Source: the human T2T-CHM13v2.0 reference genome, Homo sapiens. Taken from it: a DNA stretch of 64,000 nt. The stretch is taken from assembly GCF_009914755.1 (NCBI RefSeq), contig NC_060928.1, one strand, 5' to 3'. This document shows, piece by piece, positions 38,957-52,476 of the stretch (the stretch's first letter is position 1; every line of letters begins with the position of its first letter). The translations under genes were made by a program, and so were the position numbers. The notes under the pieces were generated by a model that was not told where the DNA came from, did no database searches, and saw nothing but the letters and a program-made list of their open reading frames with translations.

Positions 38957-40710
38957 GAAAAGGCTTTTGTTAACGTTCAACATCAATTCATGTTAAAAAC
39001 TCTCAATAAACAAGGTAGTGAAGAAACATACCTGAAAATAATGAGTCATGTATGACAAACCCACAGCCAACATCATACTGAATGGGAAAAAGCTAGAAAC
39101 ATTCCCTTTGAAAACCAGCACAAGACCAGGATGCCCTCTCTCACCACTCTTATTCAAAATAGTATTAGAAGTCCTTGCCAGGACAGTCCAAAGAGAAAGA
39201 GAGGAAGTCAAACTATCTCTATTTGTAGATGACATAATTCTATAGAAAACCCCATACTCTTGGTGCAAGAGTCCCTCCAGCTGATAAACTTCAGCAAACT
39301 TGCAGGATATAAAATCAATGTGCAAAAATTACTACAATTCCTATACACCAACAATAGCCAAACCAAGGACCAAATCAGGAAGGCAATCCCATTCACAATT
39401 TTCACAAAAAGAATAAAATACCTAAGAATACAGCTAACCAGGGAGGTGAAATATTTCTACTATGAGAATTACAAATCACTGCTGAAAGAAATCAGAGATT
39501 ACACACACACAAAAAAATGGAAAAACATTTTATGATCATGGATAGGAAGAATCAATACTGTGAAAACGGCCAGACTGCCCAAAGCAATTTATAGACTCAA
39601 TGCTATTCCCATTAAATTACCATTAAGATTCTTCACAGAACTAGAAAAAACAGTTTTAAAATTCATACAGCCCAAACAGCCAAGGCAATCAACAAAAGCA
39701 AAAATTGACCAATGAAATCTAATTAAAGAACAAAATAAACTATCAGCAAGAGTAAGCAGATAATCTACAGAATGGGAGAAAATTTTTGCAAACTATGCAT
39801 CTGATAAAGGTTTAATATCCAGAGTCTACAAAGAACTTAAACAAATTTATAAGAAAAACAAATAACCCTGTCAAAAAACAAGCAAAAGACATGAACAGAT
39901 ATTTCTCAAAAGACATACATGCAGCCAATAATCATATAAAAAAGCTCAACATCACTAATCATTAGAGAAATCCAAATCAAGACCACAATGAGATACCATC
40001 TCACACCAGTCAGAATGGCTGTTTTAAAAAATCAAAAAATATCAGATTCTGCTGAGGTTGTGGAAAAAAAAGACATTTACACACTATTACTGGGAGTGTA
40101 AAGTAGTTCAACCATTGTAGAAGACAGTGTGGCAATTTCTCAAAGACCTAAAGACAGAAATACCATTCGTCCCAGCAATCTCATTACTGGGTCTCTAGTC
40201 AAAGAAATACAAATAATTCTATTTTTAAAAACACACACATGAATATGTTCATTGCATCACTATTCCCAATAGCAAGGACATGGAATCAACCTAAATGCCC
40301 ATCAATGGTAGACAAGATGAAAAAATAATGTGGTACATATGCACCATGGAATACTATGCCACCTTTAAAAAAAACAGATAATATCCTTTGCAGAGACATG
40401 GATGGGGCTAGAGGCCATTATTCTCAGCAAACTAAAGCAGGGACGAAAAATAAATACTGCATGTTCTCACTTACAAGTTAGAGATAAACAATGAGAACAC
40501 ATGGATGCCTAGAAGGGAACAACACACACTGAGGCTACCAGAGGGTGGAGGGTGGGGGAAAGGAGAGGATCAGGAAAAATAATTAATGGGTACTGGGCTT
40601 AATAGGATGATAAAATAATCTGTACAACCAACCCCATGACACAAATTGTCTATGTAATAAGCCTGCACATGTACCCCTGAATTTAAAATAAAAGTTAAAA
40701 AAGAAAGAAA
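38957..40710 (+). mobile_element. 5'-truncated L1PA13-like element with an internal deletion
   Basis: ORF2 fragments ([33 protein letters not shown]); 3' UTR; 15-bp TSD gaaa(t/c)cactgcatct (38942-38956, 40711-40725). Confidence 0.93.
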
Positions 40711-41508
40711 GAAACCACTGCATCTAAGCACAAACGAAATTACAAGACCAAGCCCTCTTCCTACACATGCTTCAAAATCCATATATTGCTAACAGATCCT
40801 AGAGATAATATTTGCAATAAAATATTATAAAAGTAACTACTATATTTTGCAACACACAAATATGCTGTCTGCTTGGATTTGTACTCTTCTTACTCAAATT
40901 TGAAAATCTTGCTTCGAACTGGAAACCTATGAAATAACAGGTAAAAACCAAAGTTGCTTTTCCATGAGAATCCACTTACAAGGAAATAATGTCACTAAAA
41001 TTAAGAGGAAGAATTTCTGAGACATGTGAGGGAATATTGACAAGTAAATTTGACAAATTAAACTTTTAGATAAATTTTTTTTTATTCTAAATCATAATCA
41101 TAAAAATGTGGGTACATGAGGGCTAAGTTGAAATGCAGAATTTTGTTGTGTTTGGTTTGGTTTTATTCCTTTAGCAAAATAAATCTTAATAATCTTCTTT
41201 CTTTTCTCTCTTATAAATGCTGGGTTATTTGAGAAATTACTATTTTTTTTTCTTCTTTTATACTATTAACGTTTTGGCAAATCAGTTTGGGATACAAATA
41301 GGTTGAAAGAGAATTAAAATAATTGACAAAACCATTTATTCAAAATTCCACATAATTTATTAGTATTAATTAGAATCATTTTTATTATGTAAAACAGTGA
41401 AATTAGTATTAGTAAAAGAACATACAACTTGACTTTATCATAAACATATCATTAGCTTTAGACACCCGAATGCATCTTTGATTAAGCAGAAAATCTATAG
41501 ACTTTTGA

Positions 41509-41870
<362 letters not shown>

Positions 41871-41934
41871 TAAGAAGTCTTAAAAGAAGACTTCTAAATT
41901 ATTAATCAAAAAGAATATGAGGCATCTTCATATA

Positions 41935-42218
41935 TTTTTTTTTTGACAGACTCTTGCTCTGTCGCCCACGCTGTAGGGCAGTGGTGGAATCTCGGCTCAC
42001 TGCAACCTCCGCCTCCGGGGTTCAAGAGATTCTTCCGCCTCAGCCACGGGAGTAGCTGGGGTTACAGGCGTGCACTATCACACGAGGCTAATGTTTAGCA
42101 GAGTCAAGGTTTCACCATGTTGGCCAGGCTGATCTGCCACTCCTGGCCTCAAGTGATTTGTCGGCCTCAGCCTCCCAAAGTGCTGAGATTACAGCAGGTG
42201 TGAGCCATCTGCCTGGCC
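41935..42218 (-). mobile_element. AluS
   Basis: Antisense Alu body ending gcctggcc. Confidence 0.93.
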
Positions 42219-42237
42219 TAACTTCATTATTTTATCT

Positions 42238-42450
42238 AAAATTTATTGAACACCTTCTATATCCAAGGCATTATCTAACACTTTTAAAAATCTATTTTTA
42301 TTATTATTTCTATCATCTGTCTAAAAGTTTCTTATTTAACCTTAAGAACAACAATTGAAGGTATCAATTATTTCTCTATTCACAGAGCAGAAAATTGAGG
42401 TATAGAAAAACCAAATAACTTTTCAAATATCACAAAAATAGTACGCTTCC
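42238..42450 (-). mobile_element. MIR remnant
   Basis: atttattgaacaccttctatatccaaggca; tattcacagagcagaaaattgaggtatagaa..aaataactt. Confidence 0.6.
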
Positions 42451-42943
42451 AAGCTAATACTTCTGTGTAGATTTGTATGGTTTTAAGTATTTTTAAGCAA
42501 TATATTATTAAATTTAAGCATACAGTTGACACAATAAATACATTATTGAGGGCCTTGGGTTCTAGGAAACGGATTGGCATTAGTTATCTGTCAGTTGTTT
42601 TGTATAGACAATCATGAAAAGTTTTGCTTCTCTACTTTCTTATTTTTGTGATCTTCTTTATACAATATCAGAATTTCCTGAATCATTGAAATGGAAGAAA
42701 AGAGAAGATTTATTCTTACTTAATAAATTAATTTCTAATGATTTTCATTACAATTTATGTACGCTTATTGTATGTAACTTGGGCAGCTTTTTGAAAGTGT
42801 AAGTTGAAAATCACTTAATGTCATTGAGTTATTATCCCTGTATTTATATTGCTAAACACACTTCCAGAAAAGAGGTTACAAAACCACACACCTCTGCACA
42901 CCTCTGGCAAGGTATGTAGAGTATGTGGAACACCCTCTCTCTA

Positions 42944-43229
42944 TTTTTTTTTTTTTGAGACGGAGTCTCACTCTGTCGCCCAGGCTGGAGTGCAGTGGCA
43001 CCATCTAGGCTCACTGCAAGCTCCGCCTCCCGGATTTACGCCATTCCCCTACATCAGGGTCCCCAGTAACTGGGACTACAGGCGCCCACCACCTCGCCCT
43101 GCTGATTTTTTAGTAGAGACGGGGTTTCACCGTATTAGCCAGGATTGTCTTGATCTCCTGACCTCGTGATCTGCCCCCCTTGGCTTCCCAAAGAGCTGAG
43201 ATTACAGGCGTGAGCCACCGCGCCCGGCC
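42944..43229 (-). mobile_element. AluY-like element
   Basis: tgcaagctccgcc, acgccattc, ttagccagga, gacctcgtgat diagnostics. Confidence 0.93.
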
Positions 43230-44924
43230 CCTTTTTTTAATAAATAATTTTCACAACATCACACGAAATTAGAAGTGTTTGATATTGCATTACAGTGAAC
43301 TATAATAAATATATTGTAATTTTTAAGGCATGTGAGTAAAAATTTTTGAGGTTGTCCTTTTGTAAAACATATCCAGAACTCGATCATTTCAAACACTGTT
43401 GGAATTCATGCTAAGATTTTATTGAATTGAAATCTTTGTGTTGTAAAATAAAAACTTTTTTTCAAAGATTACCAAACATGAGAAGTTAAAGGTTTCACTA
43501 ACTAAAGACATTCTAAATTAAAGAATCCCTGTGTCACTGTAATGAAACCATTTTAAACATTTTGAATTTTTTAGAGATATTAGAAATAATCAAGTTTCAA
43601 AAGCCAAAAAAAATTATGCAAATATATATATCAGTCTATCTGCCCAATTATGAGTCATTTGTATGCAAGAATAAATATTTTTCAAGAATCTTTTACAAAT
43701 CTTTCATGTAACATTTTTGGAAAAGCATTGTGTTATACTTTCAGAGTATTAGTATTTTGTACTTTAATTTGTCCAAACATGAATTTAAGAATGAAGACCA
43801 TAAAATTACAAAATTATCATCAATTTTACTTAGTAATTTTTTAATGTAACTGAAATATTATAAAACTATAAATTATTTTATATAATGATTTTGATGCTCA
43901 TTAACTTATTTATATTTTCTTTTGGATTAAAAGTATACTTGACTTTATTTGATATTAATGAATATTTATAAATACAAATGTACCTAATTGAACTACTTTA
44001 AGTCCTTAATCCTTTTTTCCCAGGTCTTAGCCTGACAAATAGTTATGTACATGAAATAACTCTAGGATCTTTGTCATCCTAGTTAAATTTGCATTCAGCA
44101 AACAACGTTTGGGCCTATACAAAGACGTAGAATATGAAAGCTATTATGAGAAAAATAGAAAACACTATTTTATAGTAAACAGATTCATCAAAGCCTCCAA
44201 GATAAAGTAATATAATAGACCATAATATATATTTATTTATAAAATTATATTATAAATAGCATATCTAATATATAATTTATATAATGTAACATTTATATTA
44301 AAATTACATAATAAAATTATTTTAATTATGTTTTTCAAATTTTGGTTACAAATAATATATTTGCTTCTGTAACCAAACATATTTTTCAGATTTATTTTTA
44401 TATACATGCTTATCAGATTGGTTTCTTATGACTAAGAAAAATAAGAAATTTGGCTGGAATTATTAACTTTAAATTAAAAATAAAACATCACTTACAAATA
44501 GTTTCAAAATTCTTTTAAATAATGTTATTTTTCCTAGTAAGTAGCACCTAAATATTACTGGCTAAAATTATTATCAAAAATAAAATATAGCTCATAAGCA
44601 GATTGATTTTTAATACCTTGTTACTTTTGTCAACGTTCCTAGTAGAATAAATTGTACAAAAATTAGAATACAATTTGAAAAAATATGAAAAGCGATGTAA
44701 CATACATCTAATTAGGCAATAGTTTAAGAGCTATTGCTAGAAGCTATGAGTTAATATACAATGTCTTAATTCAGTTTCATATTTTTTTATGTAACTTAGA
44801 CTAGTATTGATCAAAAACATACTTATAGATCAGTGTTGCTGTAAATTTATTTCTTACAAAGGTTGGTTAATGAAAATAATTAAATTTGAATAGAGATAGG
44901 AAATCAGAAAAAGTATTATAATCA

Positions 44925-45200
44925 ATGATAAATTTCCTGATTTTGATAATTTTATTTTGGTCGTTTTAAAAAAGGAGGTTTTTGTTCTTAAGAAATGCTA
45001 ACTGAAATATTTAGGTACAAATAAACAAAAATTTATAATTTTGCTATCAAATTTCTTAAAAGCAGAATGTTTGACAGAGCAAACCATTTGGAATAAAAAG
45101 CAAACAGTGTTTGGATCTGGGAAAAGGGTTCAGAGCAGTTTCTTGTAGTATACTATGTAGTAGTGTATTTATAGATTTTTCTTTATGTTTGAAATAATGT
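44925..45200 (+). mobile_element. L1ME/L1MC 3' UTR remnant
   Basis: taaatttcctgattttgataatt...ttgttcttaagaaatgctaactgaaatatttaggt...atctgggaaaagggt. Confidence 0.55.
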
Positions 45201-45429
45201 CTCCCAAAAACGTTTAAAAATCTAGTCAGAGATGAAGAGAAACACAAATCCTACTAATATCACAGATTCAGAAGTCAAAGATTTATTTGCAAAAAACAGG
45301 TGAAGACTTTTGAAGAAGTGTTAACAATATAATTGACATTTTGAAGGTCAGTTTATAACAAATGAGACTATACAGATGGGGAAATACACACCATCTTGTG
45401 CTTGCATTAAGATACTTTGAAGCAATATA

Positions 45430-45680
45430 TTAAAAGTTGGTGTTTAAAAACACAAACTGTGGAACTAGACTATTGTGGAACTAGACTATCTGTGTTCTAA
45501 TTCATGTTTTGATTTTTAGAAGCTGCGTACCTATACAAATTATGGAAAAGTTCTTTCAGTCCCTAAATCTGTAAAATTAGAGCAATAAAAAAAATCTAGT
45601 TTTTTTTTGTTATGAGAGTTAAGTAAATAAATACGTAAAATATTTAGAAAAATATGTAGTACAAACAGTAGTAGTTATTA
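45430..45680 (+). mobile_element. MIR remnant
   Basis: tgtggaactagactatctgtgttctaattc...tcagtccctaaatctgtaaaattagagcaataa...gttatgagagttaagtaaataaatacgtaaa. Confidence 0.6.
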
Positions 45681-45704
45681 TTAAACTTGTAAAACTTGAA
45701 TATT

Positions 45705-46015
45705 TTCTTTTTTTTCAAACAGAGTCTCACTCTTGTCACCCAGGCTAGAGTGCAATGGCGTGACCTCGGCTCAGCTCACTGTTACCTTCACTTGCCGAGT
45801 TCAAGTGATTCTCCGGCTTGAGCCTCCCGAGTAGTTGGGATTACAGGTGCCCATCACCATACCTAGCTATCTTTTTTTTTTTTTCTGTATTTTTAGTAGA
45901 TACAGTGTTTCACTGTGTTGGTCAGGCTCGTCTTGAACTCCTGATCTCAGGTAATCTGCCCACCTCGGATGCCCAAAGGGCTGGGATTAAAGGTGTGAGC
46001 CACCATGACCAGCCC
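45705..46015 (-). mobile_element. AluS
   Basis: Alu body; TSD aacttgaatatt. Confidence 0.93.
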
Positions 46016-46275
46016 AACTTGAATATTCCCTTAAAGGAAAATTTATATAGTGAATATTTTCTTCAAAAGATGTTTTATAGAACTTACCTACAACCTCTAC
46101 CATAGTAAAGTGTCTCTCTTTGTAGCATTCTCTACCAAGAAGATAGTTGCAGTATGGTCAGAGATATTATATGAAAGTAATATTTTCATTATCAATAAAG
46201 TCATTCAACTGTTTGTTCATTTATTGAGTGATCCATTATCTTGCCATCTAAAAAAGAAGATTTTTATATAAAAAT

Positions 46276-46647
46276 TGTATTAGTTCATTTTCACATTGCT
46301 ATAAAGATACTTCCTAGGACTGCATAATTTAAACAAAAGAGGTTTAATTAACTCACAGCTCTGCATGGCTGGGAAGGCCTCAGGAAACTCATAATCATGA
46401 TGGAAGGTGAAAGGGAAGAAGGTGCCTTCTTCACAAGGTGGCAGGAGAGAGAGAGAGAGAGAGAAGGAGGAAGTAGCAGTCACTTATCAAACAACCAGAT
46501 CTTGAAAGAACTCACTCTCTATATGAGAACAGCATGGGGGAAACTGTCCCCATGATCCAATCACCTTCCACCAGGTTTCTCCCTTAACACATGGGGATTA
46601 CAATTTAAGATGAGATTTGGGTGGGGACACAGAGCCAAACCATATCA
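46276..46647 (-). mobile_element. THE1D/MSTA-like MaLR solo LTR
   Basis: tgtattagttcattttcacattgctataaag ... gagatttgggtggggacacagagccaaaccatatca; near-TSD aaaat/gaaat. Confidence 0.92.
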
Positions 46648-47004
46648 GAAATACCTAAAATAAAAGATACTGTATATAGATTCTCTATGTATTAATTTCA
46701 CCAAAGCAAAGTTAAAGATGTTTTGTGAAAGATCTTGAGAAGGCTAAGTAGAGAAGACTTAACGGAGAAGATATTTAAGGTGTGTCTTGAAGTGCAGGGT
46801 TTTCATAAATTGAGATGGAATTGAAAATCACGCCACATTAGACTGTTTTCCACAAACAGAAGTATCTAGCTGAGAATGTGATTCTCCAAACTACAATAAT
46901 ATTAAAATCATTTTCTTTTTAAATAAGTTTGGCTGTATTTTATTTCATGTTTCTTTTATAGTCTATTGATCATTAGATTTGTTTTGTTTTGATTTATTTT
47001 GTTC

Positions 47005-47176
47005 TTCTCTTCTGCCACGTTGTGAAGAAGGTGCCCTTTCTCTTTCACCTTCTGCCATGATTGTAGTTTCCTGAGGCCCCTCTAGCCATGCAGAACTGTG
47101 AGTTAATTAAACTTTTGTTTAAATTACCCAGTCTCAGGTAGTATCTTTATAGCAGTGTGACAATGAACTAATACAA
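47005..47176 (+). mobile_element. THE1D/MSTA-like LTR 3' fragment, inverted relative to 46276-46445
   Basis: ctgccacgttgtgaagaagg...ttcctgaggcc...attacccagtctcaggtagtatctttatagcagtgtg..aactaataca. Confidence 0.88.
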
Positions 47177-47349
47177 TTCCTAGAATTATAGATATTTAGA
47201 AATGAAGATCTCAAGTCTAGTGAAGTTACTTAATGTTAGAATTCATCCAGTGGTGTGGCAGGCCACAAGACCAATGATAGGGAATGCCAGTTCTGAGTTA
47301 ATGCCATCTAGCAGAGATAATCCCAACACTAAGTGATAAAAAAACAGTT

Positions 47350-48450
47350 GGCTACAGGAAATATAAAGTGTCTCAGGATAAATTTAACAAGGAACATGAC
47401 CAAGAAATATGACCTCTATAAACATGCTGTAAAAGTTTATAAGTGATATAAAAGAAGATTTGAATTAATGGAGAGATATATCATATCCTTGAATGAGGAG
47501 GCCACATAATATGAAGATGGCTAACTGGGGTTCAATATACTCTAATCTAAACCACAGAGGATTTTATTCCTAAAATTCTCCAAAATCTTTCCATAGTTCA
47601 TGTAGAAAAGAAGGTAGAACAGCTATTTAATTTGAACAATAAGAATGATTTTTGGAAAATTTGTATGATATATTAAATATTAAGTTTAACTGAGATAAAA
47701 ATGCAGTATTAAGACGTGAATAAACATAACAACACACACAAAATTTGCACTGTTAATTTAGGAATTTAACTTAAGAAAACATAAAATGTATGTTTACAGT
47801 AACAACTCACAATGGAGTGTTTGAATAGGTGTAGCAACTTTGGAAATAAGTGATTAGATAAACACCTTGCCATATACTGCACATGTATGTGTATGTATAT
47901 GTGTTTCTATTACTATAACTTTATCTAAAGAATAGACCACAACATATGAATAAGCTGCAAAATATTACATATAAAAATATGTATGCTTAATTGTGTAGAC
48001 AGAGTTAATAGTCTCAGATAAAAATTATCATAATTATGTAGAAAATACTCATAATCTGAATTATGTAAAATTTTTATCTTGGAATATTAAAATTACAAGT
48101 CATAGAGAAAATATTTGAAAAAACATAAACATAAATATAAATATTATACATAATAAATATAATACAACATAAAGAATATTTAATTTATTGTTCATATAAA
48201 CTGTCCAAGCATATTTTCTTAAAAATTCAATAATCCTATAATAGGGAGATAAGAAAAATATAAATTCATAAGAAAAAATAAACACCTGACTTATACTATT
48301 TCATTGCCTACTAAATTACTCACATTTGAAAAATCTAAATAACCAATGTTAGTGAAGATCTTTTGAAACTGTTACTTTTAAAAGAGGTAGCACTATAAGG
48401 TGAAAATGTGTTCATAGCTTTTAACTCATTCACCTGATTTTTGGAAACCG
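47350..48450 (+). mobile_element. Highly degraded L1M ORF2 3' remnant
   Basis: aggataaatttaacaag...tataaaagaagatttgaattaatggagagatatatcat and similar phrases. Confidence 0.55.
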
Positions 48451-49187
48451 ATTAAAGACAACTAGACTACAATGCAGTATAAATAATATTGTGATGATCA
48501 TCATTCTGGTATTATATTCTGACATTATCTTCAAATTATATAGAATGTTAAAGTGGGACTATAAAAAAAATCAAGAATCTTTCTACTGATCCAAATACAT
48601 GTAATAGTTAAAAATAAGGTTACTAAAACAATGAGAACTCAGCAATGTTTATGAAAGATATTTCGTATGTGCGTATGTGAGGGTTACTTACAGATAATAA
48701 CATAAAAATGTAATAAAATTTCTTAATTTATTTGAACTTTAGTGTCTTGGCCTCCAAAAACCTAACAAGATTTTTGAGAGCACAAAATACGAAAGAAAAA
48801 ATGTTTAAGGGACAGTGTAGTCCTATAACACATGAAAAGCACATACAAAGCACCCAGTGGAAAGTCTATAGCAAAAGAAAAAAGAAACTTTTCTTCCCCT
48901 CACTTATTCTTTTCATTAGGAAGCACACATCTTATACTTTTCCATATCAGTGTAGACTCAAATAGGAGTAATATTTTAAACATTTTTTCTGATTTGAATA
49001 GTATGTATAGAGTTACACTGCAGTTATACACTTTAATCAACCAAGAAAATGTAGCTCTTTAATTTTTCTATAACAGATAATAAATTATTTATCTGTTTTA
49101 TAATAGGGAAATTCAATTTGCCAATAAACCATATACCAATCTCTTCATGGTTGAGATTCTTCTGTTGCATTTTAAATGTGCTTTTTA

Positions 49188-50022
49188 TTTTTTTATTTTT
49201 GTTTTTTATTATTGTACTTTAAGTTTTAGGGTACATGTGCACAATATGCAGGTTAGTTACATATGTATACATGTGACATGCTGGTGCGCTGCACCCACTT
49301 ACTCGTCATCTAGCATTAGGTATATCTCCCAATGCTATCCCTCCCCCCTCCCCACACCCCACAACAGTCCCCAGAGTGTGATGTTCCCCCTCCTGTGTCC
49401 ATGTGTTCCCATTGTTCAATTCCCACCTATGAGTGAGAATATGCGGTGTTTGGTTTTTTGTTCTTGCGATAGTTTACTGAGAATGATGATTTCCAATTTC
49501 ATCCATGTCCCTACAAAGGACATGAACTCATCATTTTTTATGGCTGTGTAGTATTCCATGGTGTATATGTGCCACATTTTCTTAATCCAGTCTATCATTG
49601 TTGGATATTTGGGTTGGTTCCAAGTCTTTGCTATTGTGAATAGTGCCGCAAAAAACATACGTGTGCATGTGTCTTAAACAACCCCATCAAAAAGTGGGCA
49701 AAGGACATGAACAGACACTTCTCAAAAGAAGACATTTATGCTGCCAAAAAACACATGAAAAAATGCTCACCATCACTGGCCATCAGAGAAATGCAAATTG
49801 AAACCACAATGAGATATCATCTCATAACAGTTAGAATGGCAATCATTAAAAAGTCAGGAAACAACAGGTGCTGGAGAGGATGTGGAGAAATAGGAACACT
49901 TTTACACTGTTGGTGGGACTGTAAACTAGTTCAACCATTGTGGAAGTCAGTGTGGCGATTCCTCAGGGATCTAGAACTAGAAATACCATTTGACCCAACC
50001 ATCCCATTACTGGGTATATACC
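49188..50022 (-). mobile_element. Young L1 (L1PA2-like), 5'-truncated with a 5' inversion (twin priming)
   Basis: Antisense 3' end at 49188-49675, sense ORF2 piece at 49676-50022; perfect 15-bp TSD taaatgtgcttttta (49173-49187, 50023-50037); 3' UTR reads gatgacgag (GAG, not the L1HS-Ta ACA). Confidence 0.95.
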
Positions 50023-50961
50023 TAAATGTGCTTTTTAGTTAATTTCCATCTTTCTAAAATCTTTCCATCCCCACTTGCCAACTGCCCTGCCCAGAGTTGT
50101 AGCTGAGAGTAGGAGACTTACATGAGTATGATTAATGATGGCAGCCAGGGAGCTTGCAGATCTGCCTCAGAAACTCTTGCTCCTCTATGGCTATTGTTGA
50201 CTTCTCCGTTCTCTCATGGTGTCACTTTCCACAGTATCACTTTTCAGCTCACAGAGGTTTTGGCTTGTAAACTGTTAAGCATTTTCTTTTTGAGTGTTAG
50301 AAATCAATTGTTTTTTCTATTTACTCAGATCTGTCTCACCCCTCAGCAAAACTGCCAATTCCTGAAGGCATCACCAATAACTTCACTGGAAACCCATGGT
50401 GTGGTTTCTGTCCTATAGCCTTCAGCACCCGAGTCACTTTGACCTCAGCAGTAAGTCAAAACAATAGTGAAAGTCCCTCGTAAGCTGGCAGCACAATCCA
50501 CATCCTATCTCCTCAGATAGCAGCTAGGAGTTTGTGGATATCTCCATTCAGCTCCTCCTTGGACACTACTAAATGCATCCCTATGCCATGCTGAAAACGC
50601 TTTCATTATCAACATTAATACTGCCCCTGAGTTATAGTTGTATCTTGCCTGCATAAACTTTATACATGTCATCTATTTAATGAAGTTTTAAGGTTTTCTT
50701 CATAAACTTGCTTGTATTTATAATGTTCTTAGTTAGGAATCTTCTCAAATATACTATGTTTAAAACGGAATTCTACAGACTTTGGAGTCAGACAGCTTTA
50801 AACGTAAAAACTGCTCCCAATATTTACCTGAAAAACAAACTTGAGAACCATATAACCACGCAGACCTTTAAATGGCAATATTATTATTTGCTTTGTAAGT
50901 CTGATACTAAAATTATTTATAATACTATAAAAAGCTAGTAAGAAGAGATAGTAGATACTAA

Positions 50962-51293
<332 letters not shown>

Positions 51294-52115
51294 TGTTATT
51301 AATATTATTAGTATATGAAATTAGGTTTCCACTTTACTTCTGCAGTAGACATTCTGATTGTCAATTAGAAAGTCCACACGGAATGGATCATGAATAAGTC
51401 TATTTGTATTCAGACTTGAGGCAGTCTTGCAATTGGGCACATTCTTTCTTGTAGTTTTTCTTCACTCACTCAAATCCCTTCCCAATGGACTCTGTTACTA
51501 TTTTAAACTTAACTTTTTGATATGTTCGATTAAACTTTTGATAAGCAATGTAACTTTGAGGTAATCTAATGTTGACCAAATTAAAAGCATTACATATGTG
51601 TGTTTCCAAGTGTGTGTATGTGTATGTGTAAGCATAAATTTAGTAGTCTAGTATATCATCTCAACAAAGTTACATCTAAATTTTGTACCTAGAGTATTTA
51701 GTAACTAGCAATGGTAATTAATTGACAAACAAAAACTGAGGCATAGCAACAAAGGTAAACAAAACAACATCTCACAGTAAACTAACCTTAAATAAATGAA
51801 ATAATTTTCTAATTTGTTGAAAACATAATAAGGTATTTAATGTATTATTTTTTTGAATAAAAAGAAGTCATTATATAAAACTCGGCACACAGAAAGAGTT
51901 TGCAAAACAACCCAATTTCTTTTTCTTGATTTCTCATTCACTAAGCAGCCTTTTAATAGCAACTTATTTTCCAAGTATCTGAATACTGAGAAGGGAGTGT
52001 GCTAATACATTTAAGCTAATATTTAAAGTATTCGAAATGTATAGACCTTGTTATAAATGTGCTAATTTACATTTTCATTTTTAAATCAGAATATTGTAAT
52101 TCTGAATCACATGAA

Positions 52116-52476
52116 TGTTATGATTTGGCTGTGTCTCCACCCAAATCTCATCTTGAATTGTAGTTCCCATAATCCCCATGTGTGTGGGAGGGACCTGGTG
52201 GGAAGTCACTGAATCATTGGGAGTGTTTTCCCATGCTGTTCTTGTGATAGTGAATAAGTCTCAAGAGATCTGATGGTTTATAAAGGACAATTCCCCTGCA
52301 CACACTCTCTTGCCTGTCACCACGTAAGATGTGCCTTTGCTCCTCCTTCGCCTTCCACCATGATTGTGAGACCTCCCTAGCCATGTGGGACTGTGAGTCC
52401 ATTAAACTTCTTTTTCTTTATAAATTACCCAGTCTTCGATATGTCTTCTTTAGCAGCATGAGAATAGACTAATACA
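52116..52476 (+). mobile_element. THE1C/D solo LTR
   Basis: tgttatgatttggctgtgtctccacccaaatctcatcttgaattgtag ... agactaataca; perfect 5-bp TSD ATGAA. Confidence 0.95.
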
